Below, piece after piece: positions 1 through 12,714 of a stretch of DNA of 64,000 nt (positions are counted from its first letter, which is position 1; each line of letters starts with the position of its first letter). This stretch comes from Octopus sinensis (taxonomy: Eukaryota). A model generated the notes under the pieces. The model was given only the letters and a program-made list of their open reading frames with translations, had not been told where the DNA came from and searched no databases. Both the position numbers and the translations under genes were made by a program. The stretch lies in contig NC_042997.1 in the NCBI RefSeq assembly GCF_006345805.1, positions 12,834,001 to 12,898,000 of the forward strand, read 5' to 3'.

Positions 1-23
1 GATCTGCTGAATCATTCATAATT

Positions 24-233
24 TTTTATTTTTTTTATTTTCTACTCTAGGCACAAGACCCGAAATTTTCGGGTAGGAGGGAAGTGATTAGATCGATTCC
101 ACTACGCAACTGGTACTTAATTTATCCACCCCGAAAGGATGTAAGGCAAAGTCAACCTCAGCAGAATTGGAACTCAGAACGTAAAGAGAGTCGAAATACC
201 GCTAAAGCATTTCGCCCGGCATGCTAACGTTTC
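24..233 (-). mobile_element. tRNA-derived SINE family C, copy lacking extreme 5' head; alternative tail
   Basis: Shares GAGTTCAAATT B-box-like motif and central GTCGACTTTGCCTTTCATCCTTTCGGGGTCGA block (minus strand) with 8 other copies in the window. Confidence 0.8.
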
Positions 234-450
234 TTATTTCTTTACTGCCCACAAGGGGCTACAAACAAAGGGGACAAACAAGGACAGACAAACGGATTAA
301 GTCGATTATATCGACCCTAGTGCGTAATTGGTACTTATTTAATCGACCCGGAAAGAATGAAAGGCAAAATCGACATCAGCGGCATTTGAACTCAGAACGT
401 AACAGCAGACGAAATAGGGCTATGCATTTCGCCCGGCGTGTTAACGATTC
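234..450 (-). mobile_element. SINE family C, middle unit of tandem trimer
   Basis: Same body; tail AAAGAAATAA joined directly to GAAACGTTAGC of the neighbouring unit. Confidence 0.85.
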
Positions 451-676
451 TTATTTCTTTATTGCACACAAGAAGCAAAAAATAGGGGGACAAACAAGGA
501 CAGACAAAGGAATTAAGTGGATTACATCGATCCCAATGCGTAAATGGTACTGTGTCGACCCCGAAAGAATGAAAGGCAAAGTCGACCTCGGCAGAATTTG
601 AACTCAGAACGTAACGGCAGACGAAACACTGCTAAGCATTTCGCCCGGTGTGCTAACGTTTCTGCCAGCTCGCCAC
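451..676 (-). mobile_element. SINE family C, full-head unit of tandem trimer
   Basis: Head GGCGAGCTGGCAGAAACGTTAGCAC on minus strand, body and AAGAAATAA tail. Confidence 0.85.
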
Positions 677-750
677 ATTATCCATAATTTTTTTATGCTG
701 TAAACATGTATTCTGATGAACGAGGTAGCCCGGAATCAGCAGAACGAGGC

Positions 751-790
751 TTACTGACGATGGCTAAGTAAATAGCCAAAACTGGCCGGA
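751..790 (+). ncRNA. Degenerate hammerhead ribozyme relic
   Basis: CTGACGA-T-GGCTA(AGTAAA)TAGCC-AAAA(expected GAAA)-CTGGCC; G12 and U16.1 mutated. Confidence 0.45.
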
Positions 791-1089
791 AAGTCTAGAG
801 AATTCTCGGTTCGGTGTTCGGAGCGATTGTAGACTCAATCAAAATGTATGCTGTGTTTTGTAACATTATTGGTGGATTTTAGCTCCAATTTCTAGCCATG
901 CAGGTGACCTGACACCCTTTGCCACGCTTGGTTGATGACTATAAATTTCTTTGACGGTAGAACATTGCAAATAACTGTTTATATTTATACATATATATTA
1001 CATACATATATACACACACACACATGCACACAAACACACACACACACACATATATATATGTATATTTATATATACATATATACATAGAT

Positions 1090-1138
<49 letters not shown>

Positions 1139-1258
1139 TTTATTTTTATATATATATATATATATATAAAGAGATATAAAGAGAAAGAGAAATTAAATTG
1201 GAGTAGTTTTAGTGAAGCAATGTGTGATATCAATTTAAGAGATTTGTTATGTAAGGGC

Positions 1259-1410
1259 GGAACAATGCGAGATGTTATAAAGTAAACTGCAAAAAGATAA
1301 AACGAAAACAAAATTGTACTTTTACCTTATATTTCTATATTTCGGAGCTATGGTACCTTCATCAGGACATTCTTTTTTGTAATTTACTTTGTATCTTCTC
1401 GCATTGTTCC
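1259..1410 (-). mobile_element. PLE-like foldback with decayed HHR
   Basis: Imperfect ~40-bp inverted arms 1259-1297 / 1371-1410 enclosing CTGATGAAGG...CCGAAAT on minus strand; helix I/III not recoverable. Confidence 0.5.
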
Positions 1411-1467
1411 ACACTTACCAACATGTCTCTTTAAGATATATGCGTACTGTCACTCTTTCACTCTCCC

Positions 1468-1509
<42 letters not shown>

Positions 1510-1525
1510 TAATATATATATATGA

Positions 1526-1572
<47 letters not shown>

Positions 1573-3739
1573 TAGACATACATATATATATAAATATATA
1601 CATGTGTATGTATATATATATATATTTTCAAAGTGCACATGTGTCATGACAAAGAATGACATCACTAAAGAAGAATAGAATAAAAGAATAAGGAATGAAA
1701 TTTTAATAAATATAGGATAAACAAATTAGAAACAACTAGATAATTTGGCATTTAATTCAATATATACTATCACGAAATGTTTAAGTAATTATCCTTCTTT
1801 GTCGTCAAAAGGTATACGTAATAAAAAAAATATCAAAATTGAAGTCAATAGAAAGAATAAAAACAACATTCTCAATTTGAAACGAGAATTCGTTTAAATA
1901 ATAAAGTATAAGAAAAATAAACCGAGTAAAAAAAATCAATGTATTTTGTTTTGTTTGAAGTTTCCGGTTTTGTTTGCTTATTTTTCAAGTATTTGTAGTG
2001 TGAAGTAATTGTCTCTAAACAGCGAGGGAATTACCCTATAAATAATTTGGGATGCTTTTCGAAGGAAAGTTTTCAATGGCAACTGATAGTTTGCATTTTC
2101 TTACTCTTATCTCATCTAAATATATAGTTTCTCATAACGCTAACTAAATTTATCTATTTAAATATCAACATCTTCAAAGAAAATGTTTAACATTAATCGA
2201 ATGCTGTTATGAATAGTTAAAAAAAAGCAATCTTCGAGCCTTCATAAACTCATGCATAGAATCAATTTCGTCTAGTTATTCATTATTCCATCTCCAATTC
2301 AATTTAGGTTCGTTTTTTTTCTACTAGAAATCGTTCACTTAGTGATGAGAAAGAGTTAAAAGAAAAACAACTTAAATGTCTTCTTTAACATTAATATTTC
2401 ATTTTGTGGAAAATACATCCTGATAAAACTTTATATGCGTATTCTTGCAATACATTTAAAAATAAGCACCGTTTGTGCAAAGAATAATTCTTTCACAGAA
2501 ATATCAAGATTTTGGCGTCCAACAGATCGACGTTGTAACAAAAATATTTTTTCTTGCATAGAGCCTCTTATAAATTAGCTATTAACATCACCTGTTGATG
2601 TAGTTATTATAATAACCTCTCTCAAAGCGTTTTTCGGACTTATTTTTTCTCTTGAGCCATTTTCCATTTTTTATTGAAGTCAATAAATTGAATTTAAAAA
2701 TGAATAAATTGGAGTTAAAACGTAATTATGCTGTTTTGCATAGTAGAGAGGTCTAGGCATGCCACTAGCAATCTGAGTGTATGATCCGGTTTCATTATTC
2801 TGTTCTAGCAAATTAAATTCTCACATGCTACTGGCATATTTAAGGTTCCCAAATTTCACACAATCAGATTTTCCTCTATGGCAATGTTATAAATTAAATA
2901 TTGAGTTTGATATTTCATGTTGCATTGATCTTTTACAGGAGCATAGGAACTGAATGAATCACGCATAGAATATTATTGAAGCATACTTCATTAATATTAG
3001 AAAAATAAAATATACAATAAGCAGGGAGAATTTGAACCCACACATTTTAAATTGTAATTTAGATATTTTGTATAATCAGCTACCTTGTGTGATGTATATT
3101 GCCTTTTATATTGAGTATTTATACATAACAAATTATCTACAATCTAAACTAATGCCATGTAGTGTTCCAAGAGTAAAGAGAAAAAATATAATAGGCTTCC
3201 AAAAATTCCCCTGTTAACGGATTAGTCGAACAGATTTTAAGTAGAGGATATGAACACGGTGAGTGTGAGATAATTTTCTAAAAGTATTAGAGTTGTATTT
3301 GATATCTTTCTCAAGGATATAGGATATAGTTTGAACAAAAAGCAGCATATAGAAATCTAAAGATATCGTCCAGTATTAATTCATATAATGAACGTTAAAA
3401 ACTAGAGAACTGACTCCAGATTAATTAAGAGGTGACATAAGGGGAAAATAGATATTTCAGATAAGGAGATCAAAGAGCAGTTACTTCTTAGTAATGGGTT
3501 GTAAAGCGGATACATTTCTAGGAGTGACACATCTGAGATCAAAATGGTTTTGAATACCATAGAGCCGCATTAATACATTAGTGCAAACTGATTAATTATA
3601 TCTCAAATGCTTACGGATTTACTTTTTACTTTGCCGTTTGACTTTATTACATATTCATACACTAAGACACACCTCGAACACTCATACTCATACATACACA
3701 AACAAATACATACAAATGTTTGAGGGAACATTTGAGCAA

Positions 3740-3960
3740 TACTGGTGAGGAGATAAGTGTCAGTTTGCCCACACTCTAACAAATGTAACATAGCAACTGA
3801 CCATTTTTGTCGTGCATTTCCAAAATTATTTTGGAAATCAATTGCTACCCATATCTTTCATCTGTTCCAACAAATTCGAGAGATTGTAACATATAAAATA
3901 GCCATCACAATCCCTTGCTTCCTAAAGATAAATATCTTAGCGTGACTACTGCTACTGTCG
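3740..3960 (-). pseudogene. Possible highly decayed non-LTR reverse-transcriptase fragment
   Basis: Minus frame reads ...RKQGIVMAILYV...*KIWVAIDFQNNFGNARQKW...LLECG, loosely resembling the FIDFxKAFDxV RT motif. Confidence 0.3.
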
Positions 3961-4510
3961 TTCGGAAAGTCATTCATAGTGAGATTTAGTTATACGCCTG
4001 GCCCTCATTTGACTTTCTTACATTTAGCTCTTGCTAATAAACACAACTCGCCGAGACCAATAACAAGTGTGTGTTACCGATTTATTTTCTATTCATGGTA
4101 CAAACATGTCTACATGAATATGCTGTGTACAAAGTATAATGAGATCAATGTGAGGCTAGTTATATTGGTAGCACTCTCCGAAAACTACATACCAGGATTA
4201 AGGAAAACGCGCGCGCAAACATTGAAAAATATGAGGGAGCAATATCCATCTTAGCGAATAAAGGTGATATTAGTAACTGATAATCAAGGATATCCTCGCC
4301 AAGTAACATAAATGAGAACTTAACAATAGAACAGCACTGACTTTTCTAGCAATATGAGTTTTCTAACTACTTCACTTCAAATACTCTTTCCCAACTCACC
4401 TTTTCTCAACGTTCTCGCTTATATCTCGGACACATTCACTGTATCACTACAACATATTTTGCAACGTCTGAGAGCTTACTACAAAAATGTTGCTTTTAAA
4501 CCCAAAATAC

Positions 4511-4722
4511 CTATTTCTTTACTGCCCACAAGGGGCTAAACACAAAGGGGACAAACAAGGACAGACAAACAGATTAAGTCGATTATATCGACCCAAGGGC
4601 GTACTGAAAGGATGAAAGGCAAAGTCTACCTCGGCGGAATTTGAACTCAGAACGTAGTGGCAGACGAAATACCGCTCAGCATTTCGCCTGGCGTACTAAC
4701 GTTTCTGTCAGTTCGCCGCCTT
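4511..4722 (-). mobile_element. SINE family C with internal deletion
   Basis: Same head, B-box and tail as 234-676 copies. Confidence 0.85.
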
Positions 4723-5200
4723 TAAACCCAAAATACCAATTGCTTAACATTACTGTAATGTTCAGGTATTATTCAGTGACTCTCTCACCACTCTTTGAAT
4801 CATCTGCTCTAACATGGCATGACCCACACACTATTCGCTGTTACTGATACTTTTTATTTGAACCAACCACAAATATAAATTCATTTTTTCGTCTGAACAT
4901 CCTGGGAATAACACATTTCTCTGCACTTTGGATGTTTGCCTCTATTTAATAAAGTGAACGTTCCCGAAGTATTACAGGATTTTAAAGTTAACGTAACATT
5001 TTGGCCTTTCTCTATTTTTCCTACATTACACAAATTTGTTATCAAGCTTTTATTTTATTTGCCGATTAAAATGCTTCAACCAAATTTCTACTTCATTCTA
5101 TACATGCATCAAAACCAGTTATTGAGTGTGTAGTATAAGTTACTACGTCAAATTTACGGCTCACGGCTGAGCCCTTTATCTCTATCTCTTTCTCTGTATG

Positions 5201-5247
<47 letters not shown>

Positions 5248-5255
5248 CTGAGATG

Positions 5256-5457
5256 CAGCACGGATTTTTGCCAGTGAACAGGTCGCAGTCTTAAAGCGAC
5301 GAAAATATTTTGACAAATTAAACTTAAATGTTGAAGTCAATCGAACGGCTGTTGTGTGTTTCTTAAATGGCTTAACAACACCTTCCACGCTGCAATTGTT
5401 TTCGTTTCAGCATACGATCTCCCATCAAATCACTTGCTATGCAAGTACATCTCCGTA
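5256..5457 (+). mobile_element. PLE-like short element, G3:C8 hammerhead family copy 1
   Basis: Between (TA)n tracts; homologous to 7781-7977 and 46703-46864. Confidence 0.7.
5267..5317 (+). ncRNA. Type I hammerhead ribozyme candidate, core variant G3:C8
   Basis: TTTGCCA-GTGAACA-G-GTCGC(AGTCTTAAA)GCGAC-GAAA-ATAT-T-T-TGACAAA; helix I has one mismatch. Confidence 0.6.
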
Positions 5458-5463
5458 ATATAT

Positions 5464-5499
<36 letters not shown>

Positions 5500-5507
<8 letters not shown>

Positions 5508-6060
5508 AAGGGCTTAGTAAAATAATTTTTTGCCGCATACTGAACTCGTATTGTCTCGGATTTTACCGAAAAAAGCATAGTGTTTGCTGATTTTAACCCA
5601 CGCTGGTGGAAAGGGGAGAGCAGAAATTTTTCTCTTGCATTTTTGAGTTTGTTGCACTTTAGTTTGGAACAGATCTTCAGAAGCGATAACAAGCCGAAAG
5701 GGTATGCTCCCATTTTCAGTGTTTTCAATTCAAACAAGGGATTCTGACGATGAGAGAAGGGTCGATTTTGGCTCAACTTGAACGTACGTACTCAAATAAC
5801 CTTTGCATTTGATTTTTAATGTCTCTACCTCTCATACTTTTTGAGTTGAATTAAGCAAACACTTATGAGAGAGGTTTTCTTTAAGTGTTAGAAATAGTTT
5901 TTTTAGCTGCTATTCAAACGAGTTCAGTATGCGGCAAAGTATTTATTTACTAAGCCCTTTATATAATGTAATAATTGAATTGCCTTAAATGGTCCTTGCA
6001 TACTGAATACTTGGTGAAATTGATTAATTAATTAATTAATTTTACCCTCAATGTTTGAAA
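5500..6060 (+). mobile_element. PLE-like repeat unit 1 with inverted 5' arm and decayed HHR
   Basis: ~48-bp inverted arms (about 5500-5549 vs 5920-5965); tandem near-copy at 6084-6612. Confidence 0.65.
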
Positions 6061-6083
6061 TTTAATTCATCTCTCTCTACTTA

Positions 6084-6606
6084 ATTGTCTCGGATTTTAC
6101 CGAAAAAAGCATAGTGTTTGCTGATTTTAACCCACGCTGGTGGAAAGGGGAGAGCAGAAATTTTTCTCTTGCATTTTTGAGTTTGTTGGCACTGTTAGTT
6201 TAGGGAACAGATCTTCAGAAGCGATAACAAGCCGAAAGGGTATGCTCCCATTTTCAGTGTTTTCAAATTCAAACAGGGCATTCTGAGCTGATGAAGAAGG
6301 GTCGATTTTGGCTAATCTTGAAACGTACGTACTTTCAAATAACCTTTGCATTTGATTTTTAATGTCTCTACCCCATACTTTCTTGAGTTGAATTGAGCAA
6401 ACACTATATGAGAGAGGTTTTCTTTAAGTGTTAGAAATAGTTTTTTTAGCTGCTATTTCTAACGAGTTCAGTATGCGGCAAAGTAATTATTTTACTAAGC
6501 CCTTTTATATAATGTAATAATTTGAATTTGCCTTAATGGTCCCTTTGCATACTGAATACTTGGTGAATTGATTAATTAATTAATTAATTTTACCCTCAAT
6601 TGTTGA

Positions 6607-6612
<6 letters not shown>
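6084..6612 (+). mobile_element. PLE-like repeat unit 2 (tandem) carrying HHR core
   Basis: GAG-CTGATGA(6288)...GAAA(6320)-CGTACG-TA-CTT; palindromic helix III ACGTACGT; ends at (TA)n. Confidence 0.65.
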
Positions 6613-6654
<42 letters not shown>

Positions 6655-7067
6655 TACTTATACACCGTGTGTGGTATAAAGTTTAAAGGAACAATGCGAT
6701 ATTTTAAGGAGAATTGTCCTTTTATCAGCTTATTATCATAAGAGATAATTTCACCCATAGTTGATGGGTTACATGTCATGCTGATGAAAGGACAACCACT
6801 TTCAAGTGCTATAGAAATAACGCTAAAATGATTATGTAGCACTTTTTACACAATATTAACTTTTGAATCTATAATATACTTACTAGTGTATTATAGATAC
6901 AAAATCAAATGGCGTTGTCATGCCAGCAATTAAAAATACATATACATATGAATATATGTGGCTACACACACACACACAAACAGACACACACACACAGCCA
7001 CACACATACAAACACGCGCGCATGCGCACACACATACATCCATAAATACATACATCTATACTTACAT

Positions 7068-7287
7068 ATTCTCTTTTACTCTGTTACTTGTTTCAGGTAT
7101 CTGTCTGCGGTCACGCTGGAGCACCCACTTAAAAAGTCCTTTTTTTTTAGTCGAAGAAATCGACCGCAGGATTTATTCTTTGGAAGGCTAGTACTTATTC
7201 TATCATTCTCTTTTCCGAACCGCTTGGTTACACGGACGTAAACGCCCAAACAAGCGATGGTTGGACACAAAGACACACACGCATAAG

Positions 7288-7366
<79 letters not shown>

Positions 7367-7407
7367 ATATATATATATAATACACACACACATACATATA
7401 CGACGGG
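7068..7407 (-). mobile_element. SINE family A, 5'-truncated
   Basis: Tail CAAATGACTGAAACAAGTAAAAGAG-like sequence and body on minus strand. Confidence 0.8.
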
Positions 7408-7780
7408 TTTAATGGTGCAACCCCAAAAACTGTTCTTGGCAGTTGGTAACACTAGGTCGTAACCGGCATAGTAAAATGTGAGTGTTTTTATGCATATACA
7501 AAACGTTTACTTTAAACGAATTGAAAGGATATTATATATATATATATAAATAGATTGAGGGAGAATGTCAACATATGAATATATTCATATTTTTGTAAAT
7601 AGAAAAGAAGGGAAAAGAAAAGAAATGGAGCAATAATTAACAATGAGAAGTTGATCATTGGTATTAAAAAGCCACTATTTAATTGTAGTTCGGAACCATT
7701 TGCAGCAGCTGTTTCTGTTCATCAAATCGGAGTAAATTTATATTTACCTCGTTACATTTGACAAATATCTTCAGAATGAT

Positions 7781-7977
7781 TTACGGAGATGTACTCGCAT
7801 AGCAAGTAATTTGATCTGAAATCATGTGCTGAAACGAAAACAATTGCAGCGTGGAAGGTGTTTATAAGCCAGCACGGATTTTTGTAAGTGAACAGGTCGC
7901 GGATTTTAGCGACGAAAATATTTTGACAAATTAAACTTAAATGTTGAAGTGAATCGAACGGCTTTTGTGTGTTTCAG
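7781..7977 (+). mobile_element. G3:C8 hammerhead family copy 2 (inverted tail plus forward HHR segment)
   Basis: 7781-7870 is the reverse complement of the 3' part of the 5256 copy; forward HHR follows. Confidence 0.7.
7881..7930 (+). ncRNA. Type I hammerhead candidate, core variant G3:C8
   Basis: TTTGTAA-GTGAACA-G-GTCGC(GGATTTTA)GCGAC-GAAA-ATAT-T-T-TGACAAA; one helix I mismatch. Confidence 0.6.
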
Positions 7978-8211
7978 AATGATGTTAGAGGGAAGGAAAT
8001 AAAAGGAAAAGAAAAGCAAAAAAGGGAAAAACGTTCGATAAATCTTTAGGCTTACATATTAGTAACTTGTTGGGTTCCATGTCTTTGTAGTTTCCTGCAT
8101 TAGATGCATGAAGCAGGAAGTGAGGACAATGATTATTTGACCGCCAGTATTAGCCGAAGGAGTTATAACTGGTGGAGATATTCGGTGCTGTTATTTGTAA
8201 TATATAACGCT

Positions 8212-8621
8212 ATACTCTTTTACTCTTTTACTTGTTTCAGTCATTTGACTGCGGCCATGCTGGAGCACCGCCTTTAATCGAGCAAATCGACCCTGGGACT
8301 TATTCTTTGTAAGCCCAGTACTTATTCTATCGGTCTCTTTTTGCCGAACCGCTAAGTGACGGGGACATAAGCACACCAGCATTGGTTGTCAAGCAATGCT
8401 AGGGGGACAAACACACAAACACACGCACACATATATATATATATATATACATATATACGACAGGCTTCTTTCAGTTTCCGTCTACCAAATCCACTCACAA
8501 GGCATTAGTCGGCCCGAGGCTATAGTAAAAGACACTTGCCCAAGATGCTACGCAGTGGGACTGAACCCGGAACCATGTGGTTGGTTAGCAAGCTACTTAC
8601 CACACAGCCACTCCTGCGCCT
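8212..8621 (-). mobile_element. SINE family A, full length
   Basis: Head AGGCGCAGGAGTGGCTGTGTGG, GGTTCAGTCC box, internal TA/TG microsatellite, (AAAAGAGT)n tail. Confidence 0.9.
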
Positions 8622-9262
8622 ATATTTAATTATATTTTAATAAAAAATAAAGTGTACGGTTATTCACCAATAATGAATGATATTTATTTAAGAGGTAATG
8701 ACTGCACAGCAAAGAATATTTAAATTTCTTCAGGTGTTTTAGGGGATGTCATATCTTCATGCAAGGCTTTCTTGGTGGACTTCAGGAACATCGTAATGGG
8801 AATTTGCTGTCTCTTTTTCTTGGTAAAGAGGAGAGTTTTATATGTATGTATGGCGTGTATGTGTGAAATATAGATAGATGTCGCTATATCAATTAGCTAG
8901 GTTTGATTGAAAGCAAGAATAAGAGATAGAAGATACAGTGTACATGTATCTGCAAAAAAAAATCAAGTGACGTGATGCGCAGCTATTCTAATCAGGGGGA
9001 CATTCAGCTGCGAAGGGCCGTCCTGTAAAGTGGCAAATAGGTATATTGTTATTAATAATTTAGCCTTAAAATGTTTGTAAAGGTATATATTGCCTCGAAA
9101 ACAGCCATACAAAATCGCGGAGGATATTTATGGATCCTCGAATATGCGGTGGTTTCCGCGAACAATTATTAATTCTGCGAATAAGCGGGAGTACACGTCA
9201 TACACATACAGACAAACAGATAGACAGACAGACAGACAGACAGACAAACACACACACACACG

Positions 9263-10110
9263 TTAGCTGACGTACCCGGTAATTCCCGGGAAAATCGGGG
9301 CTTATCCCTCGGTTCCGTTCTCATTATTGTTTTGCTAATCCATTAACAGCAATACAAATTATGTAGCCCTTAAAACTGTTTTTGTGCATTTACAGGAATT
9401 CCCAATAAGTTATGATTGTGAAGTCAGTTTTGTAGTAACATGAAATTAGTTACCCAATTGTAAGAATTCAAATAAAGTAGCCGAAAAGGGCTTTAATGCG
9501 TTCCCAGAGTATACTTAGTTATGTATACTAAAATCGTGAAGCATGTTACGCAATAACAAGCTAATCAGATATGAGATAATAAAAATTCAAAGTAAATAAC
9601 CCTGAAAAGGGCTTTCGTGCGTTCCCAGAGAATATTAACCTCAGAGGCGCTTGTGTTGGTATATTCGCGAATAAGTCACTAACCGAAATAAGTGGATCTA
9701 CTGATTAGGAAAATTCTATTTACTTGTTGAAAGATTGTACTGGATAAATTACCAAAATAACAGTTCAAATAATAAGGAATAAACATACTCAATTTCATTT
9801 TTACCAAAGAATTTTGGAAGATGAATGGGTTATTTCACTTGGCTATATATAAGGCACCCTTCCAGAGGTGAATGGGATATTTCCCTTGCTTTTTAAAATC
9901 AAATATATTAGATATATATAAAGATCTCTTCTAGGGGCCCTATTATCGGTTTCTCCAACAATCTGAGTAAGCCATGAGGTTTCCAGACATGAATTATACT
10001 CTCGTGTCAAACTTCATCAAAATCGATAAAACGATGAAGGAAGAGATAGCTAACAACTTCACAAACACACCCACAAACATGATTTCAAACAAACAATGTA
10101 TACATATGAT
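9263..10110 (-). mobile_element. Non-autonomous Helitron/DINE-like element
   Basis: Minus 3' end CCCGGGAATTACCGGG hairpin then CTAA; GTCAAACTTCATCAAAATCG core; probable A^TC 5' end near 10109; internal duplicated blocks. Confidence 0.55.
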
Positions 10111-10148
10111 ACACACATACACATATATATATACACATTTTATATATG

Positions 10149-10220
<72 letters not shown>

Positions 10221-10223
<3 letters not shown>

Positions 10224-10417
10224 GTGACCGCGTGTGTACCGTTGGCGATTTTTTTTCCTCTCTCTCCCTTCATTGGATCTTTCCTACTCCATATTTCCGA
10301 CGAAGAGCTCCGCTCGAAACGTTAAACCCTCCTTCTTTCCTCAGCGTCCAATAATACTATATTTGTTCCACGTCCTCGCGTTGTTGTGTTTTTTTGTGCT
10401 TTCCTGTTTGGATTAAC
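10221..10417 (+). mobile_element. PLE-like short element with minimal HHR (U4 mutated)
   Basis: TTT-CCGACGA-A-GAGC(TCC)GCTC-GAAA-CG-T-T-AAA at 10294-10326; flanked by (TA)n; paralog at 12715. Confidence 0.6.
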
Positions 10418-10440
10418 TACATATATATATATATATATAT

Positions 10441-10752
10441 TCCTTTATTTGTTTGTTTCAGTCATTTGACACCAGTCATGTTGGAGCACTGCCTTTAGTC
10501 GAATAAATCGACGCGAGGACTTATTATTTCTAAGCCTAGTACTCATTTTATTGGTTACTTTTGCCGAACCGCTAAGTTGCAGGGATGTAAACAAACACAC
10601 GACGGACGTCTTTCAGTTTCCTTCTATCAAATCTATTCAAGGCTTTGGTCGGCCGGAGGTTATAGTAAAAGAAACTTGCCGACGATGCGATGCAGTAGAA
10701 ATGAACCCGAAACCATGTGGTTGGGAAGAAAGCTTCTTACCACGCAGCCCAT
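10441..10752 (-). mobile_element. SINE family A, degenerate
   Basis: Tail, body and head similarity to 8212 copy. Confidence 0.75.
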
Positions 10753-10819
10753 ATAGTTTTGACATATAGTATATATATATGTGTATATATATAATTATAA
10801 TATATAATATATATATATA

Positions 10820-11042
10820 TTCTTTCTTTATTGCTCACAAGGGGTTAAACAGGGAGGGGACAAACAATGGGATTAAGTCGACTGCATCGACCCCAGTGCG
10901 TAACTGGTACTTTATTTCTCGACCCCGAAAGGATGAAAGGCAAAGTCGACCGCGGCGGAATTTGAACTCAGAACGTAACGGCAGACAAAATACTGCTAAG
11001 CTTTCCACCCGGCGTGCTAAATTTTCTGCCAGCTCACCGCCT
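10820..11042 (-). mobile_element. SINE family C
   Basis: Head GGCGGTGAGCTGGCAGAAAATTTAGCAC, central block, tail. Confidence 0.85.
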
Positions 11043-11254
11043 TCATATAGCATATATACATTACGTCAACAGTATTACAATACCGTGAAATTGCCTTACA
11101 TCAATCATATTTTTAATAATAATTTAAATATGTATTTCTCCATAATTTTTAGATCGAAATTTCAGGCGGCTACAGACCTAAAATACCGATTTAACTATGA
11201 ATACAAAATTTATCAAAACACAGACATAGAAATACACATACATATGGCTACAAA

Positions 11255-11763
11255 TTCACTTATAATTTTCGCTGCGTCGTGCAACCTTTTCAACAGATTT
11301 GACTCTCTTTTCAGAAAAATAAAGAAAGAAATGACTGGAAATTTTAACGGTGAGTGTAAAAGTATAGGGCACTAAAGAGAATGACTCCTCTCAGATTCAA
11401 CAGAATATGATTCAACACACGAACTCAAACCTTGCAAAACAAATCCCCAAACGAAATATATATGTGTGTGTATATATATCCATCTATCCATCCATATATA
11501 TATATATATAATTTCAACGATTGAGGGTAAAATTAATTAATTTATCAATTTCACCAAGTATTCAGTATGCAAAGGGACCAATTAAGGCGAATTCAAATTA
11601 TTACATTATATAAAAGGGCTTAGTAAAATAAATTACTTTGCCGCATACTGAACCTATTAGAAATAGCAGCTAAAAAACTTTTTTAAAACTATTTTTTTTA
11701 GCTGCTATTCTAATGAGTTCAGTATGCGGCAAAGTAATTTATTTTACTAAGCCCTTTTATATA

Positions 11764-11805
<42 letters not shown>

Positions 11806-12487
11806 TATATATATCTAGATATCTATATATATATATATATATATATATCTACAACATACATATATATATTATTTACACTATATATATCCAGATGTTATAT
11901 ATATATATATATTATATATATATATTATATATATATATATATATATATGTATGCATACTATATTCATAGACAGATAAATGATGTACACACATGCATACAT
12001 ACACACATATATTCATAAGTGCATACGTACATACATACATACATACATACATGCATACATACATACATACATACATACATACATACAAACAAACATACAT
12101 AACGTACACAATATCAATACCTGATTTTGTAATTTGAAGCAGCATTCAAGCTGTTCCGATGAGAACAGTTATATCAGCATTTTTATACGCAGACCGATAT
12201 CTTTTTTATATATGAGTGTGTAAGTTCGTGCTTGTTTTGTATGTACACAAAATTACATAGAAATAGTCTCGCTTTGTATATATCATTGACTTTAAGAAAC
12301 CACGAAATACCCCCAGAATATATATATATATACATATTTTGTTGAATCTGAGAGGAGTCATTCTCTTAAGAGCCTTATAATTTTACACTCACCGTTAAAA
12401 TTTCCATTCATTTCTTTCATTATTTTTCTAAAATGAGAGTCAAATCTGTTGAAAAGGTTGCACGACGCAGCGAAAATTATAAGTGAA
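11255..12487. repeat. Long-range inverted repeat, ~154-bp arms
   Basis: 11255-11408 is approximately the reverse complement of 12334-12487. Confidence 0.75.
11515..11765 (-). mobile_element. Tail of the 5.5/6.1-kb PLE-like family folded into a hairpin
   Basis: Arms 11605-11677 / 11693-11765 match the AAGGGCTTAGTAAAA...GCCGCATACTGAAC block. Confidence 0.7.
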
Positions 12488-12497
12488 TATACATATG

Positions 12498-12529
<32 letters not shown>

Positions 12530-12714
12530 TGCCTAAGACCTTAATCCATACTAATCCCAACCACACACATAGATACACAGCCACAACTACACACACACAG
12601 ACCAGCAGTCACGCACATATCCACACATACACACACACACACCTCCTTCTCTTGCAATCTCCTGTCTATGAAAGAATTTTTTTTCTTCACCCATTCCCTT
12701 TTCGACGTTTCAAT

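Noticed and set aside
221-601. 126-aa ORF and similar ORFs at 10779, 13091, 16461, 41756, 54130
   Set aside because: Run through SINE copies; no protein-family signature
6712-6800. Short inverted repeat containing CTGATGAAAGG
   Set aside because: No GAAA box; too decayed to call
8734-8872. Possible terminal exon after TTTCTTCAG
   Set aside because: Two frames equally open, no homology recognised
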